Sequence record: NC_041871.1
Direction: 5' to 3' (one strand)
DNA: 64,000 bases
Source: Escherichia phage Murica
Shown: positions 7,757 to 16,700 of the stretch, in pieces
Layout of the letters: every line of letters starts with the position of its first letter
How positions within the stretch are numbered: position 1 is the stretch's first letter
Notes under the pieces: model-generated
Database searches by the model: none
Told to the model about the DNA's origin: nothing
The model's input: only the letters and a program-made list of their open reading frames with translations
Position numbers and translations under genes: made by a program

Positions 7757-9217
7757 ATGGATAGCAGAAGTTCAGAAATCATTGCCTCTCAGAAAGATGA
7801 TGCCCTGAGAATGTTGCAGGCTGCACGTATGTATCTCCTTGAAAAGCTGCCGTTTTATGGCACACTACTGTCAGGGTTGCAGTTCGTAGAAAACCACACA
7901 TGGTGCTCCACCATGGCAACCGACCATAAACGCATCTATTACAGTCCTGAGTTCATTATGGGATTGGCTGATGAACGCAAGGCTATTCTTAAGGCTTCTC
8001 TAACTGACGAGCAGTTTGAGATGGCTGAAGTTTTCTATTCCCCAAAATCTGTGAAAGAGGTGGCCTTCCTTCTGTCACATGAGGTGGGGCATATTATCTG
8101 TGATCACCTAGTCCGTGGTAAAAGCTTTGAGCCGGAACTGTTCAATATTGCTTGTGATCACGTTATCAACACAGGCCTTGTGGTTGACTTTAGCAAACCT
8201 CCTTGTGTTTTCTTCCCGAAGGGGAAAAGCACTACGTTCATGAAAGGTAAGCCTTTTGGCTTCTTAGCCAGCTGCTACTGCGACATGAAGTTTCATGGAT
8301 GGATTGCTGAGAACGTTTATGCAGTTCTTGATAAGCAAAGAGATCAGAATAACGGTAAAAGTAAGAACGGTAAAGGTGAGAACTCTCAAAGCGATAAGCG
8401 ACAAACCGATGATCACATGAGTGGGAACGGTGGCACCAGTGATAATCTTGGAAAGGCTATGGGGTATGATCAGCCACAACCTGTAATCAGCCAATCTGAT
8501 AAAGATCAGGCCATGCAGGACTCTGGTGATATGCTGGAGGCAGCAATGCAAGCGTCCGGAGGCCGTTGCCCTGAGGCGGTGCGTGAGTTTGTCAAGAACA
8601 GAGGTAAGCCTGTAATCAACTATATAGACATCATTAAGCAACGTATGTTGTCTAAAAGAAAGGCCGAACTGACCTACAGAAAACCTGGTCGCCGATCTGG
8701 GTCTTTGACCAGCACAATGCGAAAAGTTGGGGCTATAAACAAGAACCAGCACGTTATTGTTCCTGGTCGTAATCCGGAAAACACTATAGATATTGTGGTG
8801 GCTTTAGACGTTTCTGGCTCGATCTCTCAAAGAACTTTAAAGAAAATGTTCAATGAAATCACCGGATTGTGCAATCTGTATAAAGAGTTTAAGGTTACAA
8901 TGTTCTGTTGGTCAACTGAGGTTGGAGAGGTTAAAGTATACACTCGCGGCAACATAGACGAGATGGTCAACTATGAGGTCCACTCAACATGGGGCACAAC
9001 AGCTGCTTGCGTGTTCGAGTATCTGGATGCCAACATACCTAATGCAAAAGATGTCATCGTCCTGACCGACCTATACTTTGAGCATAACTTTGAACAAAAG
9101 GTTGTTGACAACAAGTGGAAAAAGTACGATACTCTATGGGTCCTCACTAAGGGGTATAATAAAAATTATATCCCGAGCTTTGGGAAAACTGTGGAATTAA
9201 TCGAGTACGCTAAGTAA
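7757..9217 (+). CDS. vWA-domain protein with N-terminal HExxH metallopeptidase-like domain (DUF2201-like, usual partner of MoxR ATPases)
   Basis: HExxH in LLSHEVGHIICDHL; MIDAS-like DxSxS in VALDVSGSIS. Start re-called from 7736 (inside the hairpin) to ATG 7757. Confidence 0.6.
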   Translation: MDSRSSEIIASQKDDALRMLQAARMYLLEKLPFYGTLLSGLQFVENHTWCSTMATDHKRIYYSPEFIMGLADERKAILKASLTDEQFEMAEVFYSPKSVKEVAFLLSHEVGHIICDHLVRGKSFEPELFNIACDHVINTGLVVDFSKPPCVFFPKGKSTTFMKGKPFGFLASCYCDMKFHGWIAENVYAVLDKQRDQNNGKSKNGKGENSQSDKRQTDDHMSGNGGTSDNLGKAMGYDQPQPVISQSDKDQAMQDSGDMLEAAMQASGGRCPEAVREFVKNRGKPVINYIDIIKQRMLSKRKAELTYRKPGRRSGSLTSTMRKVGAINKNQHVIVPGRNPENTIDIVVALDVSGSISQRTLKKMFNEITGLCNLYKEFKVTMFCWSTEVGEVKVYTRGNIDEMVNYEVHSTWGTTAACVFEYLDANIPNAKDVIVLTDLYFEHNFEQKVVDNKWKKYDTLWVLTKGYNKNYIPSFGKTVELIEYAK

Positions 9218-9232
9218 GAGAGGAGGTTATTT

Positions 9233-9496
9233 ATGGCAACAGAGTTAAAATTTGCATCAAACCGTAAAACTAAGAAGTATCTGTCCTCAGTAGCTCCAGG
9301 CACTGTGGTGATGTTTGTTGATGAACTTGGGGATGTGAATACAGCACTTGTTGTAAAATCACATCCTGCAAACATATATGTTGGGGTATTTGACCTGTTC
9401 AGAAAGGTGTTTGTAGAACTGCCTCACAGTTTGGTTGTTACAGAAATGGATGCCTGCATAGAAATTCTTGGCGAAGTTATGGTGGAGGAACAATAA
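9233..9496 (+). CDS. small protein, tandem paralog 1 of 4 (87 aa)
   Basis: AGGAGG RBS; shares MAT…K…GTVV…V.K…FDL…LP…VTE.D..I.ILGE with paralog 2. Confidence 0.5.
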   Translation: MATELKFASNRKTKKYLSSVAPGTVVMFVDELGDVNTALVVKSHPANIYVGVFDLFRKVFVELPHSLVVTEMDACIEILGEVMVEEQ

Positions 9497-9759
9497 TGGC
9501 TACCAGCATTGTATTCAATTCTAAGGTGAAGAACAAAAAGCGTGCAGACAGTTTTCCGTGTGGGACCGTGGTAAGTTGCGACGGAGACGGCATTCAAAAC
9601 ATAGTTATGATTGTCAAAACAGGAGAACATTGTGTGTGGGGGTTCGATTTAGAAAATAATGAGTTGTACGATCTGCCGCCAAACATGAAAGTTACAGAGC
9701 TTGACACCAAAATTACCATCCTTGGAGAGACAAGCTATTCAAAAGAAGGAGGAGAATAA
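9496..9759 (+). CDS. small protein, tandem paralog 2 of 4 (87 aa)
   Basis: Start overlaps the upstream stop; alignable to paralogs 1 and 3. Confidence 0.5.
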   Translation: MATSIVFNSKVKNKKRADSFPCGTVVSCDGDGIQNIVMIVKTGEHCVWGFDLENNELYDLPPNMKVTELDTKITILGETSYSKEGGE

Positions 9760-10022
9760 TGACCACAAAAATCACTATCGCAGAACCGAAAGCTAACACT
9801 CAGCCTATCGAAAAGTTTAAGTGCGGTGAGGTGGTAACATTCACACCAGATAATGAAGATGCTAAGATTTTCGCAATGGTCACAGCTGAGTGGATGTGTG
9901 ACAACACCACACAGGTTCTGCGTTTTGACACCTATCTTACCGATGAAATCAGGAACGACAAGATTGTGACTGGTGTGGATACTGAGATTGTTTTCTACAA
10001 GAGCTTTTTAGAGGGTTTCTGA
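9759..10022 (+). CDS. small protein, tandem paralog 3 of 4 (87 aa)
   Basis: Start overlaps the upstream stop; KCGEVVTF and RFDTYL regions align with paralog 2. Confidence 0.5.
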   Translation: MTTKITIAEPKANTQPIEKFKCGEVVTFTPDNEDAKIFAMVTAEWMCDNTTQVLRFDTYLTDEIRNDKIVTGVDTEIVFYKSFLEGF

Positions 10023-10023
10023 T

Positions 10024-10257
10024 ATGGCAAAAATTAGAAAATTATCTAGCAATCAGGTTGTGAAAGACTTCGAATCTGGAGAGATTCTTTATGTTCGTGA
10101 TGCAGATGACGAAGGTGAAGATCTCGTTATGTTGGTGGGGCACGCTGAGGACGGATGCATCCAAGCTGTTTTTCTTGAAACAGCTATGGTGCACTGGATA
10201 GAGCTGGACCTGAAAGCACGAAAACCTAAAGCAGAAATCCTGATTTACGAAGATTAA
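10024..10257 (+). CDS. small protein, tandem paralog 4 of 4 (77 aa, more divergent)
   Basis: Same size class and position in the array; weaker similarity (GEILYV…LVMLVG…AVFLE). Confidence 0.4.
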   Translation: MAKIRKLSSNQVVKDFESGEILYVRDADDEGEDLVMLVGHAEDGCIQAVFLETAMVHWIELDLKARKPKAEILIYED

Positions 10258-10273
10258 CAAAAAGGAGATAGCC

Positions 10274-10723
10274 GTGTTGAGCAAACGTGAATGCGACAGC
10301 ATTAGCCTGAATTCTTATAAGAAACAATGGTTTGGGGTGGAAGTTTGCCGACTGCGGCTAGGCTCCTACCTGAACTTCGTTTATTATGAGAGTGACAGTC
10401 GTATCGTTTCTTATGAAGTGTTCTACACTAAGAACACATTCGAACTGCGCCGTAAAGTAGATGGCGGGAGAACTACCACCCAGAATAATTGGGAAACTAT
10501 TCTGCCTCCAGATGTTATAGGAAGTCCCCTGAATGTATCTGAAGATGAAAATCTTATGGTTCATGCTATGATGGGACTTGACAGCTTAGAGCTGGCAATC
10601 TATGATATGTCCATCGAAGCAGTTAAGCTGGACTACATCGAAAACACTTTAGAGGAAGGTATCAAGAAGTTTCTCAGTGAGAAATTAAAAGACCACTTTC
10701 ATAAGGAGCTATATCTGTTATGA
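10274..10723 (+). CDS. hypothetical protein, 149 aa
   Basis: GTG start with AAGGAG 8 nt upstream. Confidence 0.4.
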   Translation: MLSKRECDSISLNSYKKQWFGVEVCRLRLGSYLNFVYYESDSRIVSYEVFYTKNTFELRRKVDGGRTTTQNNWETILPPDVIGSPLNVSEDENLMVHAMMGLDSLELAIYDMSIEAVKLDYIENTLEEGIKKFLSEKLKDHFHKELYLL

Positions 10724-10965
10724 AGACCCGTAAAGAACGTAACAAAATTTTACCTGGAGCTCTCGAACACCTGATGAAGTGCAGATCTATTTGGCACTCT
10801 GCCAAGGAAGGGCAGAAGGTGGTTGTGGTTAGTGACAATACCAACCCGTTTGGAGATTATACCACCATGATGGCCCCATATGTCCGTGATGGCGTTGTAG
10901 AAGTGGTCCCTTACAACGGTTTGCATGAACGGCACTTTGAAAGCACTTTGCTAGTGGAGCTATAG
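10720..10965 (+). CDS. hypothetical protein, 81 aa
   Basis: ORF coupled to the upstream gene (ATGA overlap). Confidence 0.4.
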   Translation: MKTRKERNKILPGALEHLMKCRSIWHSAKEGQKVVVVSDNTNPFGDYTTMMAPYVRDGVVEVVPYNGLHERHFESTLLVEL

Positions 10966-10967
10966 TC

Positions 10968-11534
10968 ATGGCGGTCAATGTGGCTTACAACACAGGAAAG
11001 CTTGACAGAGACATTGGGTGTCTTGTCCTTTCAGATACAGAAGAGTATTGGGGTTATGGGTTGCTGTCAGACCCACACCCGAGCAACCTTGTATCAACAG
11101 TGCTATACCGCTACGACCCTGTGCCAACGGTACACGACAAAGACATTCACGACCTTCGGATCAAGTGTCTGGAAGATCTGCTGAACAATGGTTGCAACGA
11201 TCTGCGGGTAGCCAAGGAGAAGCTTACAAACATTCACAAAGAGGAAGTGATGAGTACCCTCAGTAAAAGATCAGTGCACAAAAAGATGATGCTGAACTTT
11301 GCAATGGGTATCTACATGGATGGGTATAAGGGAGGGGATCCGATCCTCAAGCTTCGCTGCCCGACACTGTGGGAAAGAGTGGTTGACAGTAAGGACGGTA
11401 CTGCCCTGCTCGAACTCCACACTGCAGGTTGGATTTGGCGGTATGTAGACGGATACCCTCTGTGGGCATGTGGACCTGGGGAATTTGTTGACAGACCTAG
11501 CGCGGTGGTGGACTTACTATTGCAGTTTGAATAA
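10968..11534 (+). CDS. hypothetical protein, 188 aa
   Basis: ORF in operon context. Confidence 0.45.
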   Translation: MAVNVAYNTGKLDRDIGCLVLSDTEEYWGYGLLSDPHPSNLVSTVLYRYDPVPTVHDKDIHDLRIKCLEDLLNNGCNDLRVAKEKLTNIHKEEVMSTLSKRSVHKKMMLNFAMGIYMDGYKGGDPILKLRCPTLWERVVDSKDGTALLELHTAGWIWRYVDGYPLWACGPGEFVDRPSAVVDLLLQFE

Positions 11535-11591
11535 AAAGGTGAGTTATAAGGTATTCATACACCTACCAACAATACAACAGGAGAGACTAAG

Positions 11592-11867
11592 ATGACGAAA
11601 GAAGAGGCCGACGTATTAGATTTTGCACTAGAGGCTACGCAGGAGGCTTTGGTGTTAGCTTGGAAAATGAACCAGCGTGCTGCAGAATGCAACCGCCGCA
11701 TCAATGAGATCTTGGGCATGTCTATGTATGATTTCACCATGCATGCCGGAGAGATTCCTGAATTAACTGCCGAGATGAATGATCTTGACGATAAAATTAA
11801 TATCATTCTGAAGACAGCGGAAACAACTCACCAAACCGCCCGTAAATTTATCAACGAGAAGGTGTGA
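11592..11867 (+). CDS. hypothetical protein, 91 aa
   Basis: ORF with GGAGAG RBS. Confidence 0.45.
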   Translation: MTKEEADVLDFALEATQEALVLAWKMNQRAAECNRRINEILGMSMYDFTMHAGEIPELTAEMNDLDDKINIILKTAETTHQTARKFINEKV

Positions 11868-12334
11868 ATATGGACTACAGCTACTGCGGGGAAGAAGTCC
11901 CTTTTAATTACAGCAATCTTACCACGAGCAATCCATATGAGACTCGCCACGGCACGCACATCATTGCCATCGACTTTGATGGAACGTTTAATGCGAGCCC
12001 TTTCATCTTCTCCCGCCTGATCAGGGATCTGAAGAAGGAGGGGTGGACAGTCTACCTTGTGACTTTCCGATTCATTACTCAAGACAATGTAGACATTGAG
12101 TATTGGCGCAAGGAGCTCGATGTTGGTGTGTTCTACACAGGTGGTGTTCAGAAGGCAGCCTACCTGGCGCAGTTTGATATCTACCCAGATATCTGGATTG
12201 ATGATTCTCCGGCATGTATTCCGGCTAAGAATCAGTTAGAGTTTGCAATGAAGGAGATTGAGTATAAGTCTGAGGCTAAGCGGAACGGATGGCCCTTTAT
12301 TATTGAAGATTACCCAGATCCTGAACCGGAGTAA
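11864..12334 (+). CDS. HAD-superfamily phosphatase (candidate nucleotidase)
   Basis: HAD motif I IIAIDFDGT (DxDxT) and motif IV IWIDDS. Confidence 0.55.
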   Translation: MNMDYSYCGEEVPFNYSNLTTSNPYETRHGTHIIAIDFDGTFNASPFIFSRLIRDLKKEGWTVYLVTFRFITQDNVDIEYWRKELDVGVFYTGGVQKAAYLAQFDIYPDIWIDDSPACIPAKNQLEFAMKEIEYKSEAKRNGWPFIIEDYPDPEPE

Positions 12335-12339
12335 GAGCC

Positions 12340-12510
12340 ATGAGGCGAAGATATCATTACCTGATGTGGAAGTTATATCAAAATGCTGCCAAAGCCTATC
12401 ATACCATGTTTGGCAATGACGATCACTACATCATGTTACATCTCACCGCTATTGAGCATCACAATGAGTGGATTCATGCAATCGTGGCAGGTGATAAAGA
12501 CTTTAAGTAA
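12340..12510 (+). CDS. small hypothetical protein, 56 aa, not in the supplied ORF track
   Basis: ATG 12340 with GGAG 8 nt upstream, open to TAA at 12508-12510; translated by hand as MRRRYHYLMWKLYQNAAKAYHTMFGNDDHYIMLHLTAIEHHNEWIHAIVAGDKDFK. Confidence 0.3.
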   Translation: MRRRYHYLMWKLYQNAAKAYHTMFGNDDHYIMLHLTAIEHHNEWIHAIVAGDKDFK

Positions 12511-12560
12511 AGTATACCTCAAAAACGTATAGTGCGGCTTTCTAGACGGAGACTGATTAA

Positions 12561-12941
12561 ATGTGCAAGTGTAAATCCTATAATTGGAAAGTGAAAGGTG
12601 CCAAGCATCCAAGTGTTATCGTTGATGTGCCTAAAAATCTTCGTGACGGCAAAAAACGTGTGTGCCTTGATAAGTGTATGGCTAAGCCTATCATGAGTTT
12701 GTGGGCAGCAGGTTTGAAAACGCTAAACTGCTGCTGTGGTCATAACAAAGATATTCCAAGCATCATTATCCCAGAAGATGCAGATCCTAAAGCTTATGCC
12801 AAAATACTGACCCGCTATCCCAGCACCTTCCTGATCGGAAAATGGTGTCACGATGAACTCCAATGGTGGATAGCCTATGGTAGTATAGGCACTACTTTTG
12901 GCTTCCCAGCTTTGTCAGAGCGCTATGTCAAAGTGTCATAA
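12561..12941 (+). CDS. hypothetical Cys-rich protein, 126 aa
   Basis: ORF with multiple Cys clusters (CKCK, CLDKC, CCCGH). Confidence 0.45.
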   Translation: MCKCKSYNWKVKGAKHPSVIVDVPKNLRDGKKRVCLDKCMAKPIMSLWAAGLKTLNCCCGHNKDIPSIIIPEDADPKAYAKILTRYPSTFLIGKWCHDELQWWIAYGSIGTTFGFPALSERYVKVS

Positions 12942-12950
12942 TAGAATTTA

Positions 12951-12968
12951 AGGCCTCAAACGAGGCCT
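12951..12968 (+). terminator. hairpin AGGCCTC-AAAC-GAGGCCT after the 12561-12941 gene
   Basis: Perfect 7-bp stem; the downstream T-tract is weak. Confidence 0.35.
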
Positions 12969-13045
12969 GTGCCTTCATAAATTTCTCCACCCTGTGCGAT
13001 TGCCTTCCTGAATAAAATACCCTCTCAGATCTCTTAAAATTAGGC

Positions 13046-13074
13046 TTGACACCACCACCAGATCTATATATAAT
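13046..13074 (+). promoter_or_regulatory. consensus sigma70 promoter TTGACA-N17-TATAAT
   Basis: TTGACA 13046-13051, exactly 17-nt spacer, TATAAT 13069-13074; RBS GAGGAG and ATG 13103 follow. Confidence 0.7.
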
Positions 13075-13102
13075 TCTCACCAACCAAACAGAGGAGATCG
13101 TC

Positions 13103-13510
13103 ATGGATAATCTTGCAGATGTAAATGTCGAAATTGTTAAACTAAAGTTCTTGGGCTTTCGAGACCCTTATTCTTTAACAGCCATACTAATGGATACTCA
13201 CTTCACACCAGGTAAAGAGTACACTGCCTTCCGTTATATTTGCGGAGATCACGAATCAGCTTACAGTGTGAATACAAACCTCGGCGAGGGATATTTCATC
13301 AGAGATATCACAGATCACTTGTGGGGTATGTGGGAGTTGGTGGAGGAAGAGAATAAATCCCTTCCTAAAGAGATTTGGGTGCACACCTTCCACACAGGTA
13401 AGTTTGGAGGTACGGAACATAAGTCTATCCACTATGATGAAGAAAGTGCCATCAAACAACAAGCTGTGCTTGGTGGATCTATAGAAAAATTTGTTAAATG
13501 CGAGGACTGA
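13103..13510 (+). CDS. hypothetical protein (start re-called to MDNLADVN)
   Basis: Track ORF starts at TTG 13046, which is the -35 hexamer; ATG 13103 has GAGGAG 6 nt upstream. Confidence 0.5.
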   Translation: MDNLADVNVEIVKLKFLGFRDPYSLTAILMDTHFTPGKEYTAFRYICGDHESAYSVNTNLGEGYFIRDITDHLWGMWELVEEENKSLPKEIWVHTFHTGKFGGTEHKSIHYDEESAIKQQAVLGGSIEKFVKCED

Positions 13511-13513
13511 GAA

Positions 13514-13714
13514 ATGGCTGATTTTTGTAAAGATTGCTCTGAAGAGTTGTTTGGCTTTGACTGCAAAGATTTGGAAGGTCTGATCACTGAGGATCAGTGG
13601 AAGGAAGGCTATGCAGCACCTGCTATTTGTGAAGGTTGTGGCTATACCTATGTTGACCATAAAGGTAAGCGCGTCAAGCCGTCTGAAGATGGGGCATGTT
13701 GGGAGTATTACTAA
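13514..13714 (+). CDS. small zinc-ribbon-like protein, 66 aa
   Basis: Two CxxC pairs (CKDC … CEGC). Confidence 0.45.
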   Translation: MADFCKDCSEELFGFDCKDLEGLITEDQWKEGYAAPAICEGCGYTYVDHKGKRVKPSEDGACWEYY

Positions 13715-13720
13715 CTATAA

Positions 13721-13748
13721 AAAGAAAGGGGCCGTTTGGCCCCTTTTT
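13721..13748. terminator. bidirectional rho-independent terminator where plus and minus transcription converge
   Basis: GGGGCC-GTTT-GGCCCC stem flanked by an A-tract upstream and a T-tract downstream. Confidence 0.7.
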
Positions 13749-13761
13749 ATTTACCCCCTTG

Positions 13762-16700
13762 TTAACGAGAAAAGGTTGCGTAGGCTTCTAGACGATACTG
13801 CTGGTCACCAGGGAACATAACACCTATAGAGGCTGTCCCTAGAATCCTGCCTTCCTTTCCAGACTCCATTCTGAACCCTACCCATCCTGAACTCCTTGCA
13901 GCCTCGATGTTGTCGCTATACCCGAAAGTGGCAAGATCGTCAACACCAGCCCCAAACAGCAACTGAAGCTGACTTCTCGGAAGCCCTATAATTTCAGGAA
14001 TATACGCACCAAAGTACACCATCTGCCCTACCTTAGGACCGCTGCCGTACTCCATCGGTTTGCTTGTAGAGAAAGTCTTCATACCAGAAGTACCTGCCGG
14101 ATTAGGGTATGCCCCGTTTGTTGCTGTACCTATCCACATTCTCCACTGTGGTGCCATCTGTTTGACAGTAAAAGATGTTGAAGACGTTTTGCGCCCTGCA
14201 TCATCTGTAACTACAAACTTTATGGTGACATTCCCAGTAGCTTTAAATGTTACCAGTCCTGTGGTGGCATCCACTGTTGCAATGTTGGTATTACTACTTT
14301 CCCAAGTCTTTCTAATCCCGGATACGTTGGAAGGGGTAATAGAAGGTTCCTGCATCTGCAGTTTACCACCAACAATCCCTATGCCGTTGCCCGGATTATA
14401 CAGCACACCAACCTCGTCTATAATGTTCCCTGCTTTGAGACTATACTTCCTTGAGAAGTTGTAGGTTCCGTTATAAGTGTGTGTCCCTGAGAAGGTGACA
14501 TCTGCCTTCCCGTAAGAGATGCAAACCAAAGCATACTTCCTGTCAGGCAACGTTTCTCCAGTCTCTGGGTGAGTTTTACCTACCTGGAACACACTCGGGT
14601 CAGTAGAGTCGTGACTATCACTAACGGAGCTTGGACCGCCCATCAACTGTGACAAACAATTCCTTACCCATGTCCAGTTATTATCGCTGGAGAAGTCCAC
14701 AGTCAAATCAAACACAACCCACTCATTTGGCTTCCACACAGGTGTTGTAATGGACTTGCCTACACCACCTCCTTGGAGTGTTGCCGACTGTTCGGTGATC
14801 AGGGCCGCATAGGCCAGAGTTCCTAAACTCAGAGTCTGGCTTGCTGTCCTCACTACCTTAGAATCAGCATCTGTGAAGTTGTTGATGATTTGGAATGTGC
14901 CATAAGTGTTTTTACAGGTAATTCTGGCGTTCAGCGTGTCAATCTTCCTCACATCTGCCATAGCAGTGTTAGACACAGAGAAGTCAGAAGCTTTAGCTGA
15001 GTTTGCCGCAACAGCAGGATCAACGTTAAGAGTTGCGTTGAACTGACAGGCAGGGGTAACCAGCAGCTTGTTATCACCTATTTGCTTCCATGAAATACTT
15101 TGGACAGGTAGATTCCATTTAATACCTGAGAAAACTTTAGCAACCCTTGGCCCCAAAGCTCCAGTCCTGTTGTCTTTACAGCACATAGACATGGTGATCG
15201 TTGACGGAGTTGCCTGACCAAATAATTGCTGTGCTTTTGCAGAGGACATAGTGTAGAAATTGTCCTTAACAAACTCATCAGCGGCTAAAGATCCGTCAGC
15301 CCTCCACCATTGAACCTGATACCCTGTTTTGTCCCAACCACCGACCTGCTTCAGGTCTTCCCAGGAGATTTCCAGATCCCCAGTGGCAGGGTTGATTGCA
15401 GCAGTTCCCGGTGTTCCGGGTGACCACAATGGAATATCGAACCACGCTGGTTTAACCGACTGCACTGCGCTGGGACCTATTGCGGCAGCAAGTTGCTGGC
15501 CCATCAATACGCGAGCATCTTTCACCAGACCCCACTCGATCATAGACCCAGAGTAACCTTCTTTCTTGTAGGCTGAGGATCCGTTCAAATGGATGAGTCG
15601 GCTTGTGCCAAAGTTATGTGCTCCACCACCGTTGTCGTCTGCAAAATTGGTTATGATTCTATCCCTGATATTTTTCCATGCCCTGCCCCCAATCTCATAG
15701 TCATGGTCATAACATCTTTGCAGTGTTGTCCAGCAAATGATCGCCATCCTTCTACCATCGCTGAATCCAAAGGCCTGATCGTTAAGCTCTCTCCACAAGT
15801 AGCAGTTAGTGGTCCACATGGCCCTATGAATGTTAAACCAGTTTATAGATTTGGCTGAGTTGTCCCACTGAGTCCCAGGTAATTCAGGCCATACTGCATT
15901 AACCAGCATGTCTTCTGTTCCTGCATCAACCAAGAACCCTCTTACCTTCTTACCCATGCCTACCCTATCTTTTGCAATCCAGCTGCCAAACAATCTCAGT
16001 TTTGGACCGTAGACAACATCTTCCGGATGCTCAAAAGAAACATATTTTAGGTATATTGTAGGGTCACCATAGGTGCCATCACAAACAGCTTTGTGCATGT
16101 TCTCGCCAAGGTCTAGACGAAGTCCTGTTACAACTTTAGACGTGTCGGTGAATTTGTCTGTTAAATCAAACTCATACCACCACCAACCTGCACCCAACAA
16201 TACTTTCTTACAACGCTGTGCGTCTGTATCAGATATTCTCTTATCCCCTGCAAAAGGTGAGTCAGCAAACTGATAGTGCAGAGCGATCTCAAAAGGATGT
16301 GTGGATGTCCCGTTTTCTGCAAGAACTTGTTTACCTATCAGGTCGCACTTAATGATCATCACAACACGTTTGTATCCGTTTGTTACCGGAATTTGCATGG
16401 ACATGGATGTCCCATCCATGTTTGATCTCAGTGCAGTCATGATGATATAAGGGTCAACTGCATTGCCCAAAGTCTCAGGACCAGGGATTATCTTATACTT
16501 CTTGACCTGCCCCATGATGTAGTCACTTGCGTAAGTTGCCTCATTCAAGCAAGATCCCCCACCAGGTAACTCACCAGGTCCCCAGAAAAATGCGCCGTAA
16601 CAGTTGTAGAACCACTTGTTAGGATCGTATTTATTCTTGAAGGTCTGAACCTCGTTGGCCTGTTTTGTCAAGAAAACCTGCGTGTCTGTGAAGATTGCAG

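Noticed and set aside
13046-13102. Track start of ORF 13046-13510 at TTG 13046
   Set aside because: TTG 13046 is the first base of the consensus -35 hexamer; the true start is ATG 13103 after the GAGGAG RBS.
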